This document shows positions 1 to 12,052 of a stretch of DNA of 64,000 bases, piece by piece; positions within the stretch are counted from its first letter, which is position 1; every line of letters begins with the position of its first letter. The notes under the pieces are model-generated. The model had not been told where the DNA came from, searched no databases, and saw only the letters and a program-made list of their open reading frames with translations. Position numbers and translations under genes: made by a program. The stretch lies in contig JBLDXI010000011.1 in the NCBI GenBank assembly GCA_047495785.1, forward strand, positions 806,001-870,000, read 5' to 3'. The DNA comes from Lepidodermella squamata (taxonomy: Eukaryota > Animalia > Gastrotricha).

Positions 1-11
1 CGTCTAAGAAA

Positions 12-122
12 ATGGAAGAAGAGGAAGAGGCGTCAGATAACAGCGAGCCCGAGCCTGAAATGGAGGAAGATGACGAGGATGGGTACCAAGTGGATGAAGA
101 CGAGGTCATTCTCATCGAATGA
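12..122 (+). CDS. Acidic ORF fragment (MEEEEEASDNSEPEPE...), possibly the first exon of pPolB or the end of an upstream gene
   Basis: Open E/D-rich frame at the window edge. A GG|gtacc donor would splice in frame to the acceptor at 262. Confidence 0.35.
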   Translation: MEEEEEASDNSEPEPEMEEDDEDGYQVDEDEVILIE

Positions 123-262
123 CGTCACATCAGCAATAAGACTACAATAACTATAATATTTAATATTGAAAGATCAAGTTTTTTCCCCCTATATAGTTTT
201 TTCTTGCTCTCTCAATATACAAGTCTAATAATAATAAATTTTATTCTCAATTTTTTTCTTAG

Positions 263-3200
263 GAGAATTGATCCCTCTCCGCTTTACTTTTCAATTGTTC
301 GGGCTAATCAACGCGTCCTTGCTCCGAAATTTCAAATATATGGTCAAATTTTTGAGCTACACTTCCTTAATCACCTGCTCGACGAAAATTTCCAAGACCC
401 GCCTCAGCTAGGTGCTGGTCGGCCTGGTAGTTGGCGAAATCGAGCAACCCCAGAAAATGCCGATGATGAATTTCCGGAGCCAAACAACTCGTCTACCCTC
501 CTGCATACATTCACAATTCCAAGCGCGAAGCGCGGTGAGATCGAATCTGAAGACGTAGAACAGCGATTTCGCCGCGTAGTTATCATGCTAATTGATATAG
601 CCGACAAGCTTCGACTCCAAATTAATCAACACGTATCTATCAATCCTAAGAAGGAGCGCATCTTTGTCAAACTACGAATTGAACACCCTCAACTCCACAG
701 GTTCTCTTTTCTAGCTTGTCTTCCAATTGATTACTAGCTTTCTATTTAAGAGCGATCTGCCTGCCGTTTCACCCGATCCAAAAGTTGACAGATGAGCGGA
801 TCTACTCATTTATCGAGCGAATTCTTAATAGTCAAGAAAATCTCCTCCTAGAGGGTCACTGGTTCATCGAAGCTGTAGTATGTCGAGTCCCAACAACCAG
901 CGCCGAAAACGACAGTAGCGACGGCTCAAACCCTACCAAGAGCATAAAAGTTTCAGGGAAACGCCGTCGAGATGTGACCAAGCGACCAACCGTTCCTGAA
1001 ATTATCGACAAACACCTCAGTAACTTTCGCTCAGTCATTCAGATTAACAATACGGAAGACCACCGCTGTCTACCTCGTGCACTGATGCTCGGTGCTGCTA
1101 GATTGCTCTATATGGCAAACAAGGCTGATCGCCAGCTTAAAAAATACTACGACCAAATCAGAGATCCCAGGCAATCATTACAAAGCCAAGCCGCAATACA
1201 GCTTCTACTAACGGCAAAGTTACCTGTAAACCAAGCTGGATACAATTTAGGCAGCGACCTGACCAGCCTTCGTCAAGCCTTGGAACTTTTACACAATCGC
1301 GATTTTAAAGTCATAGTTTACAGCAGCTCCGTTCAAAGAGTTACGACCACCGACCCAGCATCTTCACCAAATGACCCGACTCCACGGGAAAGTATCTATC
1401 TGCTAGTGACAGGCGATAATCATATTCATCTCCTAAGCAACCTCGCTTCAATCATTGGGACTCGGTTTTTCTGTCAAAGCTGCTATCAAGGGCTGAGTCG
1501 GCGAGATCAGGCACATGCTTGTGAATTCGCTTGTGATAAGTGTCTCCAACCTGATGCGAACTGCAGTCGCCTCCCCCAACAATGGCGACGATGCTCCGAA
1601 TGCCATCGAAACTACTACAACCCAACGTGCTACAATAATCACAAGGTCAATCACCGATGTCAGCCCAAGCAACGCTGTGTCAACTGCTCACGGCTATTCA
1701 TCGATCTGACCAAACACAAAAACTGCAAAGGTCGGCGATGTAGAATCTGTCACTCTATCCTAGCCACTGCTCAGAACCTCCCAGTCGGTCAATCTCTCCC
1801 AAGGCATCAATGCTATATGCAAGTTGCGCCACTCGTAGATCGCACTTCATATAAAAATATCATTGTTTTCGACTTTGAAACTCGAGTTGAAGAAGCAAGC
1901 TGTCGGCTAATTCCTAACCTCTGTGTTGCCTTCAAATGCTGTCCCGGATGTATGAATGAAGAACCAATAATCCAATCGGAAAACTGTACGACGTCCTGTG
2001 GCGAGCACGTTTTTTCTGGTGACGATTCGGCTGCCCAATTTCTCGATTTTCTGCTCTCTCCGGAAAACGCCCATTCAGTAGCCATCGCCCACTTCACAGC
2101 ACGGTATAAATCACGTAACATTTGCTTTTTAATTTTCATTTTTTTCCTCAATTCAGCTTCGACTCGTGGTTCCTTCTAACAGAGCTTCAAACTCGAGTCA
2201 ATGTGAAATTTCAAATTGTTGAGCGCAATGGGAAACTCATACAAATTTCAATTGGTCGCCGTATAAAAATCATCGATAGCTGGATGTTTCTCTTTGCCCC
2301 ACTGCGAAATCTACCGGCTATGTTTTCACTCTCGGTTAAAAAGACCTTTTTTCCTCGAAAAATGAATCAGCCGCAATAGTAAATTCATTAATTTTTTCTT
2401 AACGAAAAAATACAATATATTTTTTTAGCTACAACTATATCGGACCTTACCCACCGCCACATGCATATGGCTATGAAACCATGTCGACAGCGGAATATGG
2501 CGAACTGATGTCGTTTTTAGCTGAAAAACAACAAAATGGAGAGTCTTTCGACTTTCACAAATCATTCATCGACTACTGCCGGCAAGATGTCAATGTTTTA
2601 CTACAATCATGCCTCCGATTCCGCCGTCTGATAATCGACTATTGCAGCACAGACCCCTTCTTCGCCGTTAGCACACTAGCCTCGTTAAGTAATGCCCTAC
2701 AATTTTTCCATTTGATAATTGCCTGTCGATAATACCACCATCATCTCAGGTCATTTAATTTTTCGCAAGCTATTCCTCAAACCCGAGCTGATAGCCCTTC
2801 ATCCACCCAGCGGATTTTCTGCAAACGATTCTACCAGTAGAGGGGCTATAATTTACCTCGAGTATCTCAAGCGCTTCCAACCGGAGCACTATGCCTTATT
2901 ACGACACGGGCACAATGGACGAGAAGAGCGTATTGTTGTTATCAAGTCAGGCCGGCGAACAGTCTTACATCTCGACGGGTATATATTACTTTACTTAATG
3001 TGATATTAATTTTATCTCCCTGCGGAACGCGACGACGCTAATGTGAGGCAACAGCTCTAACAAAGCTCGTTAATTTTCAATTACAGTCTTCTCCATCTCT
3101 ACCGTCTAGTTATGTCCCGGCTCATCTTCACCCCACAACCCACGAGGCTGTGGATGCGCTTGCAATTGACTATCATGGTTGCTACATCCACGGTATTCTT

Positions 3201-5122
3201 TGATCTCTCGAATTCCTTATTATTATTATTATCTTCGTCGCTAAGGTTGTCCGAAATGCTTCAACTCTCACGACTTCAATCGACGCCTCGGCAAGTTTTT
3301 CGGAGAACTTCACGATGAGGTGTCAGAAAGGCAACAGCTACTGCGCGATATCAACGTTCGGTACGAATTTATCTACGAATGCGAATTCAGAGCAATGATC
3401 GAAGCCGATGAACGAATCCGGGAATTTGTTGCCGACTTCGGCAATCTTCCTCCCCCCATCAGACCTCGCGATTCTCTATTCGGCGGCCGATGCGAGCCAT
3501 TTAAACTACGCGTTAAATGCAACACAAGTGAGGAAACCATTCAATCTGCTGACTTTATAAGGTAGGTAACATTTACTTCGCTTTGAATTGGTTTTTTCCA
3601 CTATTAACTATTTGTTACCTAGTCTCTACCCGGCGTGTATGGTTGATCACGTTTATCCCGTCGGTTTCCCCTGCGAGCGGACTCTTCGTCAACGACTTAA
3701 TCATGACATGCTTCTCAAACGCTTCTTCAATACAGACGGGTTTGATAGGGAATGTCTCGGGCTCGTTGCCGGTCTCTTTCTCCCGCCCCGCAACCTCCTC
3801 ATCCCGATACTGCCCATGCGCAATTCACACGGCAAGCTGTGTTTCTCACTTTGCTATGCATGCAGCAACGAGGCGTCGCGCTTCAAGAGACTAAATCGAT
3901 ACCACATCAACACGGAATGTAAACACTCAGATGATATGCGAGCCTTCCGCGGAACGTACACGACCATTGAGTTGAACGAAGCACTACAACACAACTACAA
4001 AATTGTTGAATTGCATGAAATCTACGATTATCCTGAACGACGCAGTGACATTTTCAACGGGTAAACAATATATAAAAAAACCCCTGCAAAAATGGCTCTA
4101 ATTACTATTCCTTTTTTTAAAGTTTTATTCGACATTTTCTTAAACTCAAAGCAGAAGCATCCGGCTATCCGCCTTCAGCCAACACTGAGGAGAAAAAGAC
4201 ACATTTTATCGCTGAATATTTTCGCCGAGAAAAAATTCATTTGGACCCGGAAAAATTGAAAGCGAAAAACCCCGGCCTTCGAATGGTGAGCAAGCTGCTT
4301 TTGAACTCATTCTTTGGGCGATGGGCGCTGAAAATCGAAATACCGCGCAAAACGTACGTCTCTTCACAAAAAGAACTAGCTGAAATTCTGCTCTGCTCCA
4401 CGAATACGGTTCGCGAAATCAATCCCGTCGGCTACAATGTTACGAACCCTCTCAAAATGCAAGTTGCCTACACCTGGGTGAATGACGAAGAAGCACCGAG
4501 TGCCAACGTTTGCCTACCTATTGCGGCCTTTGTGACTAGCCACGCCCGAATCAAGCTGTTTCGTGAGTTGTTCAAGGTGCAAAATCTCGCCTGCTACACG
4601 GACACCGACTCGATTTTCTGGATTCAACCACGTAATCAACCGCTGTTGCTGGATATTGGTGATTTTCTAGGCGATTTGTCCAACCAATTGGATCCAGATG
4701 AGCACATTATAGAATTTACATGCCTTGGCGCAAAAAGCTACTGCTACCTCACATCTAAACTTCGCGTCGAAATCAAGGTCAAAGGAATACGCCAGAGTTT
4801 TTTAACCCAAAGCACACTCAATTTCGAGTCCTTGTCTCGTCTTTTACTCTCGGCTCTCCAACAGCAATCGCTCGAGTCGTCGGATGGTGTTGAGAACGAC
4901 AGTGATGACGATGATGATGAACCTCGCCTCGGGATTGAACAAGGCGATGTTATTCAACATAAGCAGATTCCACTCGCTCACCTCACCTGCTCGGAAGAAC
5001 GTTTCCAAAAATTTATTCGACTCACTTGTTTTGAAAAGCGTTCTCTTATTTTAACTGAGCAAAAAACATCGACGATAAATTCATCTGTCATTAGCACTTT
5101 ACCTTATGGGTATCACCAATAA
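263..5122 (+). CDS. Protein-primed family B DNA polymerase (pPolB) with OTU-like, Cys-rich and Vsr-like domains; 8 introns; start uncertain
   Basis: GT-AG introns 701-750, 2104-2156, 2379-2428, 2689-2749, 2979-3109, 3193-3245, 3562-3622, 4061-4122 restore VFDFET (ExoI), HFTARFD (ExoII), YCRQDV (ExoIII), DFISLYP, KLLLNSFFG, YTDTDS, KSY and a terminal LPYGY. Confidence 0.93.
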
Positions 5123-5165
5123 AAAACAGGCACAATTAACCAAATTTTTCTTTATTGTTCTTTAG

Positions 5166-5879
5166 TCTTCTAATCTTAAATTATTTTTTCGTTGTCATCA
5201 TGTCTTCCATCGCCGGCGCCGCCGCTTCTGCTTCTGCTGCTATCATGTTGTTCGCGCCAGACCTGTTTGGAGCGAACTCACAGGTCTTTGCCGTCTGGCT
5301 GGCCGTTGGTATCCGGGCGTTTCTCGAGGCCGCACTATTCGACTTCGCGGCGGTGGCGCAGGCGGTGCTACTGCGGCATGTGTCTGCTGCTGGCCGGGCC
5401 TAGTACAATGCCAGTGCCTGCCACCACCACCTTTGCCCGTTGCCGTCGTCCCACAGTCGTCCGCTTCATCCGTCCACCACCAACAACAACAACAACAACA
5501 ACAACAACGCAACCAGCGTGCAGAAGATGAATATAACAGCAACACTGAAAACTTACGCCCGGTCGCGGTGATCCAGCCTATGATTTACAGCAGCAACAAC
5601 AGCATGGACACCTTCACCACCAGCTCGAACTTCCCCGCCTCCCCGGGCCCCGCCGCCGCCGCCTCCGAGCTCGTACCTGGCGCGTACGCGCCAGGTGCGA
5701 GCTCCTCCGTCGCCGCCCCAGGCTCTTCGAACAACTACTACTGGTGGCGAGCTGACAACGATTTGAGCATTAGTAGCGGCAGTAGCTCGACAATGACGAC
5801 CAGCAGCAGTACTAGCAATTTGGCGTCACCGCCGTCGCTCGCTGACGACAATGATCTCGACGATGAAAATATGTTCTGA
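5166..5879 (+). CDS. Cryptic Cys/Arg-rich then Gln/Ser-rich ORF of unknown function (start unclear)
   Basis: Frame open from a tttag acceptor at 5165 to a stop at 5879; poly-Q tract; no homology recognised. Confidence 0.35.
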   Translation, partial: SSNLKLFFRCHHVFHRRRRRFCFCCYHVVRARPVWSELTGLCRLAGRWYPGVSRGRTIRLRGGGAGGATAACVCCWPGLVQCQCLPPPPLPVAVVPQSSASSVHHQQQQQQQQQRNQRAEDEYNSNTENLRPVAVIQPMIYSSNNSMDTFTTSSNFPASPGPAAAASELVPGAYAPGASSSVAAPGSSNNYYWWRADNDLSISSGSSSTMTTSSSTSNLASPPSLADDNDLDDENMF

Positions 5880-6025
5880 TAACAAGACACGTCACATCTA
5901 AGACAATGGCACATGAGAATATCAACTAGTAGTGGTGGCTGTAGGAACAAAAGAACACATTATCTGATGCCTCTTTATTATTTATGTGCTTTGCATAAAC
6001 TTAAAAATTAATATAATGAAATAAA

Positions 6026-7036
6026 TTACGAGAACAATTTCCAAAAGTTGTCTTTTTGAAGATTGCTTGCACCAGCGCCATCTTGTTGCGGTTGTTCTGG
6101 CTGTTCTTCTTCTTCTTGAGGCAGGTGTTGGTAGGCAGGGGGTGATGTAGGACCAGCAGGCGCGCCTTTTTTCTTTGTCGGACGTGGTTGTTGTTGCTGT
6201 TTCGGCTTTTGACTCTTGGAGATTGTTGCAGTTTTTGCTTCGTTGCTCTTCTTATTATTCTTCTTGGGCTTGGTGGGTTCAGCGGCAGCAGCAGCGTCAG
6301 GCTGATGATAATGAGAACGAGTTTTCATTGGCGAGACGATAATATTTGGCGGTGCTTGTTGCGAGCCCAACAATGAGCCACCTACAGTGCTGCTTGGACC
6401 AGTATTATCGGGTTTTGTAAACTGTTGGATGAGTTCGAGTGGCTCGATTTTAACCAGTGGGCTTTTGGGTGTTGAAAACAGGCGTTTCACTCGCAATTTG
6501 TTGTTGTTATTATCGTAGTCGTAGTCTGTATCATCCGTGTCATTCGTGTTCTGTTCCTCCTCCTCCTCCTCCTCCTGGGAAATTTGTTGTTGTTGATGTT
6601 CTCGTTTCACAACGGCGAATTGATGTAAAAGCCGCGAAAGTAGAGTCTTTAAATCACGTTCGACGGCTGCATTAGGCTCCGGCTTTACTGTTGGTGCTGA
6701 CGTTACAGTAAGTGGAGTAGTACTGGTTTTCTCGCTGGGATATCGCTTGGAAAAGTCTTCGTTCTCAGAAAAAATGGCACGTCTTTTCCGAATAAATTTA
6801 TTCAGTCCATCGTGAAAACTAGCCATGAGCGCTGCTTTTTCGCTGCTTGTTTTCGCTTGAGATGCAGCTTCTAGTAATGCGTCGAGGTTTGAATTGATAA
6901 CAGCCATATGGCTAAGCTGCGGCTGATTGTGTTTTTCGCGAAGTTGTGACGGCGTAGTAGCAGTAGTAGTGGTAGTAGTAGCCGGTACTATAGCCATTCT
7001 TTTAGCCGGATTAGTTCTTGTTGTTGTAGGTCTCAT
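6026..7036 (-). CDS. Polinton accessory/structural protein, low complexity, 336 aa
   Basis: Long ORF at the same cassette position as 46301-47257 in element 2; ends with QDGAG...FWKLFS. Confidence 0.7.
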   Translation of the reverse strand: MRPTTTRTNPAKRMAIVPATTTTTTATTPSQLREKHNQPQLSHMAVINSNLDALLEAASQAKTSSEKAALMASFHDGLNKFIRKRRAIFSENEDFSKRYPSEKTSTTPLTVTSAPTVKPEPNAAVERDLKTLLSRLLHQFAVVKREHQQQQISQEEEEEEEQNTNDTDDTDYDYDNNNNKLRVKRLFSTPKSPLVKIEPLELIQQFTKPDNTGPSSTVGGSLLGSQQAPPNIIVSPMKTRSHYHQPDAAAAAEPTKPKKNNKKSNEAKTATISKSQKPKQQQQPRPTKKKGAPAGPTSPPAYQHLPQEEEEQPEQPQQDGAGASNLQKDNFWKLFS

Positions 7037-7381
7037 TTACAGCTTGATATTCAAATTCTCGGTAGCCGCCTTTAACGCTTTGGGGAGAAGCTTAGTGAAA
7101 AATCTGCCGTTTGGTATTTCTCGCAAGTATTCGAGGAACACGCGGCGATTAAATTCAACCGTATTCGTTCCACTTGACTTCAATTTCTCGAGAATGCGAC
7201 GTGAAGGTACGTTTAGAGTCTTGCTACGGTAAACCAAGTGTCTGGCACAGTGAACAAGGCAGTTGATGATCGCCGAAGAGGCAATTGCTATTAGTTGAGC
7301 ACGATGTTGCCGTGTCTTCGCCTTGATAATGAAAGCAAGGTTAAGGAGAAGTCGTTTGCGTTTAACTTTAGTCTTTTGCAT
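7037..7381 (-). CDS. Small basic conserved Polinton protein
   Basis: Similar to element 2 45925-46308 (RAQLIAIA..INCLVHCARHLV vs RRRLLGLA..VVLLTEICLNLL); same position. Confidence 0.75.
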   Translation of the reverse strand: MQKTKVKRKRLLLNLAFIIKAKTRQHRAQLIAIASSAIINCLVHCARHLVYRSKTLNVPSRRILEKLKSSGTNTVEFNRRVFLEYLREIPNGRFFTKLLPKALKAATENLNIKL

Positions 7382-7430
7382 TAACAAAAGAAACTAGAAA
7401 AAAGTGCAAAAACTGATAATTAGCCTTTTT

Positions 7431-7640
7431 TTAATTATTTTCTATGCTATATGCAAAACCCGGGTTCAAACCAAAGCCTGGCTGAGCTCGGATTCGCATA
7501 ACAGCAGGCGTGTCATGATTCAAGTCGAGAAGTAATTAATTATTTTCTATGCTATATGCAAAACCCGGGTTCAAACCAAAGCCTGGCTGAGCTCGGATTC
7601 GCATAACAGCAGGCGTGTCATGATTCAAGTCGAGAAGTAA
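7431..7640. repeat. Perfect 105-bp tandem duplication of the ATPase 3' end
   Basis: 7431-7535 is identical to 7536-7640. Confidence 0.95.
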
Positions 7641-8310
7641 ATATTTTCCATCGACATCGACATCTGTGGAGTTTGTGGCGTTTTCATAGCACTTGAGAAC
7701 TTGTCGCCAATTTGTTGGAAAAATTTGTTGAAGAAATCTGCGTAGTTGACCGGCGTCGGTACGTGTTGCGAAACAGAAAATGTAATGGGCGTTATTTCGA
7801 AGCTGTACGCTGCAGGATCCGCGAGGGAATAGAGTTTGGGAAACTAGAAAGACGGTGCAGGACTTGTGATGTACTCCCATTACAAACAGCCGAAGAACCT
7901 CTGCCGAATCATTGCAATCCGAGTAGAGATCGTCAAAAACAATTACCGAGTTTTGTGCTGAATCGATGTTATCAACGCTAAACGTTTCGATTCCTTGTAT
8001 GAATTCAATATCAATGCCTCGAAGGCATTTCGTAGCTGAAGCTAGACGATCGTATAACGGCTGCCAAATTCCGTAATAGAAAAATATACGAGTCGGGTAA
8101 GGATAGATTGAAAAGGGATCAGCCGCGATTATCCGATAAAGCAGCGTTGATTTGCCACATCCTGAAGGTCTGGGAATATTTCCAGTGTAAGCGAAGAGAG
8201 AAGGAAGTTGAATAAAAAAGACCGAACCCGAAAATTATACTAGCTGAAGGGTGTATAATAGGCAGCGCTGATGGAGGCGGTGGTGATAATAAGCTATAGT
8301 ATGTTGCCAT
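7536..8310 (-). CDS. A32/FtsK-like genome packaging ATPase, 1 intron
   Basis: Intron 8170-8227 restores Walker A GPSGCGKST; Walker B VIVFDD; HH..VFLVSQ and RNNAHY motifs. Confidence 0.92.
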
Positions 8311-8833
8311 CTCTAGGTAAAATAGGCTGAATGCAGGTCTGAAGCCTTTTATAGGCTTTGAATATTCTACGTGCGCTTTTGTAAACTAGCAAGTCGTTAC
8401 TATGTAAGTTACTCGCTGAAAATGAGGCGAGAAAACGCGATGGACTAAGACCTTTGCTACGATGTCTGATAAAAAGAATACAATATAAAGCGCAAACTTT
8501 ATTCCGCGAATGTTGTAAACTACGAAAGGTAACATTAGAAAAAGGAATTCCTTTGGCATTCAGCTTTAGAAAATTATCTATATAGCAGCTATAGTAGGAA
8601 GGCTCTTGCCCGAGTGAGTCAAAAAATTCAGTGCTGCTTTTTGACAGAAAAATAGACACCCAGTGACGACCAGGCCGATGAGATTCATCCGTATTAACAA
8701 TTATGCCTAAGGGGCGCTTAAGATCTGGAACGAGACCTATTTCAACGAGGCCATCGCAAGGCACAACCAGAGTTCGAGCCTGTGATAAAAACTTGTCATG
8801 TGATACAAATTGATTGATCTGCTCGGTATTCAT
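8294..8833 (-). CDS. Adenain-like (C5) cysteine maturation protease
   Basis: VNTD..PGRHW, FFDSLG, LQH...CALYC (His/Asp/Gln/Cys catalytic motifs). Confidence 0.93.
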   Translation of the reverse strand: MNTEQINQFVSHDKFLSQARTLVVPCDGLVEIGLVPDLKRPLGIIVNTDESHRPGRHWVSIFLSKSSTEFFDSLGQEPSYYSCYIDNFLKLNAKGIPFSNVTFRSLQHSRNKVCALYCILFIRHRSKGLSPSRFLASFSASNLHSNDLLVYKSARRIFKAYKRLQTCIQPILPRDGNIL

Positions 8834-10292
8834 GATTCGTAGAGAACTTCTCGCGCTTTTGTAATCTGAAGGGGAGTCGAGTTTTTTATAGAAACAATAA
8901 ACGATCCATCGGAAAAAAGCAGACCTCGATTACAGCATCTCTTTCAGCTAGTAGTAATAGGTGAAGAACAGATGTAGTGGCTGAGTTAAAGCTGAGCTCG
9001 ACTCTTAGGGTGCCGGAGCGACGAATGCTCGTGCCACTTATATTACCATCTCTCGATAGATCAAAGCAAAGAATGCAAAATCCATTCTTGAACTTTTTAG
9101 GCGTAAAGTTTCGGCATCGAGTAGGTTTGTTAGGCGATAGTGCAAGAAGGGTTTCGCGATATGCCTTCATGTAGGTCCCGTCAGTGAACGAAAATTCGAG
9201 GGGCGTCTGATAGATCTTTTCCGAGTCGACGAACATTGTTACACGACTGAGGCCATGGTCTATGAAGTCGAACGGATTCGTTTCGCCATTCAGTTGTGAA
9301 TCCTAATAATAATAATAATTACTATTTTTGATAAATAGCAAAGTATTACCTTTATGAGCACAAGAAAAAGTTTGGTTGGCATGGAACCGATTATGCAGTT
9401 ATGCAGTGTGTGCGTCTGGATAGAGTTCGGAATGTGATAGATGCTTGCCGAAAGCTTAGTCACGTTGTACCGGGCATTTTCGCGCTCTAGTGCTCTTGTC
9501 GTAGCCAACATGAGCTCAGGGGAAATGTGTACTAGACGTGTAATCAGCTTCGCTTCGCGAATTTCGATATGATGAGGATCCGCTCGATGTTCGGTAGTAT
9601 CCGTACCAACTGTTACAGTGTAGTTAGGAGGACCAATTAAGCAAAAATCATCGGAGTTGCGAATTAATTTGACTCTGATCTCAGTCAGGGGCAATAGCAG
9701 GCGAGTTTGAAAGCAAATCTCGGTGTTGAGGCGAGCAACAGTAGTAACCCATTTGCTTCCCTGTACGAGATCGAGTCGATTTTTCCAGCCGATATTCTCA
9801 TCGTTGAACTGATCCATTTTACCTGGAGTATCTTCGAAGAAGCCTTCGAGAGAAAGCGCGCCTTCCTTGTCGCCATCGTCATATGAGAGACAGTTGGTGA
9901 TGTAGCTAAAAGAAAATCATTGCTGAGTTAATTTTTTCTGCCGTTTTTTATTATTACCTCCGGTAGGCATAAAGTGGCGATTGGTCTGAAACTAGTGTAC
10001 CGTTAAGGTAGATTTCAACACAGCGAATCATCGAGTGGTGAATGTTGGCAATTGGAGCCCATTGAATATTTGTGCGATTGGTTGGGTTGGTAGATTCACG
10101 CACAACTCGCCAGGTAAGACTAAGGTAGGTCCGAGCCATATCAACAAATGCCGTAACAGGCGGAATGACGAAATCGATAACATGACTTTGATTAGTTAGA
10201 CTGGTACTGGAAAATATTTCAACTCTTTGCTGTGATTCGATAGCATTGGAGTTTGGCAGCTGTGAAAATAGATCTAAGTCTTCGCTGATCAT
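8830..10292 (-). CDS. Major capsid protein (double jelly-roll), 3 introns
   Basis: EDLDLF, IDFVIP..FVDMARTYL, FQTRLL, NPFDF, FDLS motifs. Introns near 9907-9957, 9305-9348 and 8866-8923; the spliced stop TGA overlaps the protease ATG. Confidence 0.88.
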
Positions 10293-10303
10293 GTTCAGTG
10301 TAG

Positions 10304-10807
10304 TTAGAAAAGTAATGGAGAAGACGGCTGTTTTTTTCGCCTCTTATGCTGTTGTTGAGCGGGTTTGCGTTTACCGTCGCTCTTAACCGTGCGTGTTCTC
10401 TTCTTGCCACTACCTCGTTGTTGAATTTCTTGCTCGGCACGAGAAACGACGTCGCGAGTTAAATTTAGTAAACCTTTGGCTCCGTGATTTTTGAAAATTT
10501 GAGCAGGTGTTAAGGAACTGCTGTTTGTGGTATCTTTATTTGCCAAATCGTTGTAAATCTCTGAGCCGGTTTGTAGCACGTTCTTGAAGATTAGCGGTCC
10601 GACGATGGGTAAAACACGACGAAACCAAGAAGAAATTATACCACCAATTCCACTTCCTCTTTGTCTTACAGGAAATTGGATAAGTTGGCCTTTGAAGTAG
10701 TTTGAAAGCTGGTCTGCACCGGAGCCACTTTGATTTTTATGTTGGCGGAGAAGGATTTTTTCGTAAAAATCAACAGTAGACGGTGAGTGAACTATGCCTG
10801 AAGTCAT
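10304..10807 (-). CDS. Putative core/DNA-condensing protein with QxGxG motifs and basic tail
   Basis: QSGSG, QRGSGIGG, QRGSG; K/R-rich C-terminus; lies between minor and major capsid genes. Confidence 0.8.
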   Translation of the reverse strand: MTSGIVHSPSTVDFYEKILLRQHKNQSGSGADQLSNYFKGQLIQFPVRQRGSGIGGIISSWFRRVLPIVGPLIFKNVLQTGSEIYNDLANKDTTNSSSLTPAQIFKNHGAKGLLNLTRDVVSRAEQEIQQRGSGKKRTRTVKSDGKRKPAQQQHKRRKKQPSSPLLF

Positions 10808-10858
10808 AATAAAAGACTAAATTGTAAAAAAACCCGCGTGCCTTTTATATTGTTTTAT

Positions 10859-12052
10859 TCAAGCCCAAATTTTACGGCGAATATGTAAAAACAGAACAAC
10901 TTTGCTGGAAGCCTCGAAGGAAATGAGTCCGCCGGTGTCACGCCTGATAGTGGTGCGAATCGTTCGGATGTCCTTAGAGGCGAGCGGGACGAAAATGGGC
11001 GGAGTGAAATGTGCTGTGAAATGAGTTTCCAGTTCGTCACTCGATTGGCTTGGAGAGTACGGAACAATTCGTAGGAGATTAGAAATAACATTACCAACAA
11101 CGATATTAGAGACGATATCGCAGTAGCACCATAAATTGGTCATTCCGTAGTTTAACATAGGCTGAAAATCAGCTGTAATTTTATGGAACTCTGCTATATA
11201 AATCGAGGAGGCTTGAGGGCTTTCTCTTGTCGGGAGTTCTGGAAGGAACGACTCTTCGAAGTAGAGCTGAAAGGGCTCCGAGATTCCAGATAAAATAGCG
11301 TCGTCGAAATCGGGAAGCTTCCCGAGTAGATATCCATGTGCATAATTATTTGACGAGGACTTGATGCGACTGACGAAGGTTCGGTCGAGCGCTGTTTTAT
11401 TATATTTCCAGGCGAATGCCAAACCGAACGCTTTAGGAATCATGTTGATAAGCAGTGATGAATCCATGGAGATGGGTAAGCTGGGATAGAGCGCTAGGCC
11501 ATCTGATTCAATTTGAAAGCCCAGTACATTAGCTAGAACCTTCGGCAGGAAGAAAGCAAGCGGCCATTGTAACTCAATGGTAACGCGAGCCGGTGAATGT
11601 TCGGTTGTAGTTAATGTAATAAGCGATTGAAATTTCTTTGGAATGCAATGATAAATATGCTGAATCAGGTCCTTTGAGCCGGAATAATATCGCATACCAG
11701 TCTCGCATTCGATTAATAAAGGTTCAACATCACTTGTTGGATCGCTAATGTTTAGCAGAAGAGCGTTTTCAAAACAGTCCGGGTTGGCGGCCAGTAGGTG
11801 GGCTGGAATCGAAGGTGATCTTTTAAAACAGCTGAGCCATGTTAAGTCAAGGACAAAAAATGAATGTGAGGCTAGACCGAGCCACTTCCGAGGTGCTGTT
11901 ATCTCGAGAAGAGCAACTTCGTAGTTTCGACTATCATCTAAGCTAATGGGGTTAGGTAGTTGAACGGTGAAATCTGCCGGTTGATTGGCAGTAAATAAAT
12001 CGCAGCTTGCTGTACTCGGTAGGTAGAGGAAAAAGTCTGAGTTGTTGCTCAT
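10859..12052 (-). CDS. Minor capsid (penton-like) protein
   Basis: FFLYLPS..N..ADFTVQLPNPISL..YEVALLEI N-terminus and LWCYCDIV..VGN..NLLRIVP C-terminus. Confidence 0.87.
   Translation of the reverse strand: MSNNSDFFLYLPSTASCDLFTANQPADFTVQLPNPISLDDSRNYEVALLEITAPRKWLGLASHSFFVLDLTWLSCFKRSPSIPAHLLAANPDCFENALLLNISDPTSDVEPLLIECETGMRYYSGSKDLIQHIYHCIPKKFQSLITLTTTEHSPARVTIELQWPLAFFLPKVLANVLGFQIESDGLALYPSLPISMDSSLLINMIPKAFGLAFAWKYNKTALDRTFVSRIKSSSNNYAHGYLLGKLPDFDDAILSGISEPFQLYFEESFLPELPTRESPQASSIYIAEFHKITADFQPMLNYGMTNLWCYCDIVSNIVVGNVISNLLRIVPYSPSQSSDELETHFTAHFTPPIFVPLASKDIRTIRTTIRRDTGGLISFEASSKVVLFLHIRRKIWA

Noticed and set aside
785-5122. Fragmented pPolB ORFs read as a frameshifted pseudogene or programmed frameshifts
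   Set aside because: Every break is bridged by a GT-AG intron that restores frame and motifs.
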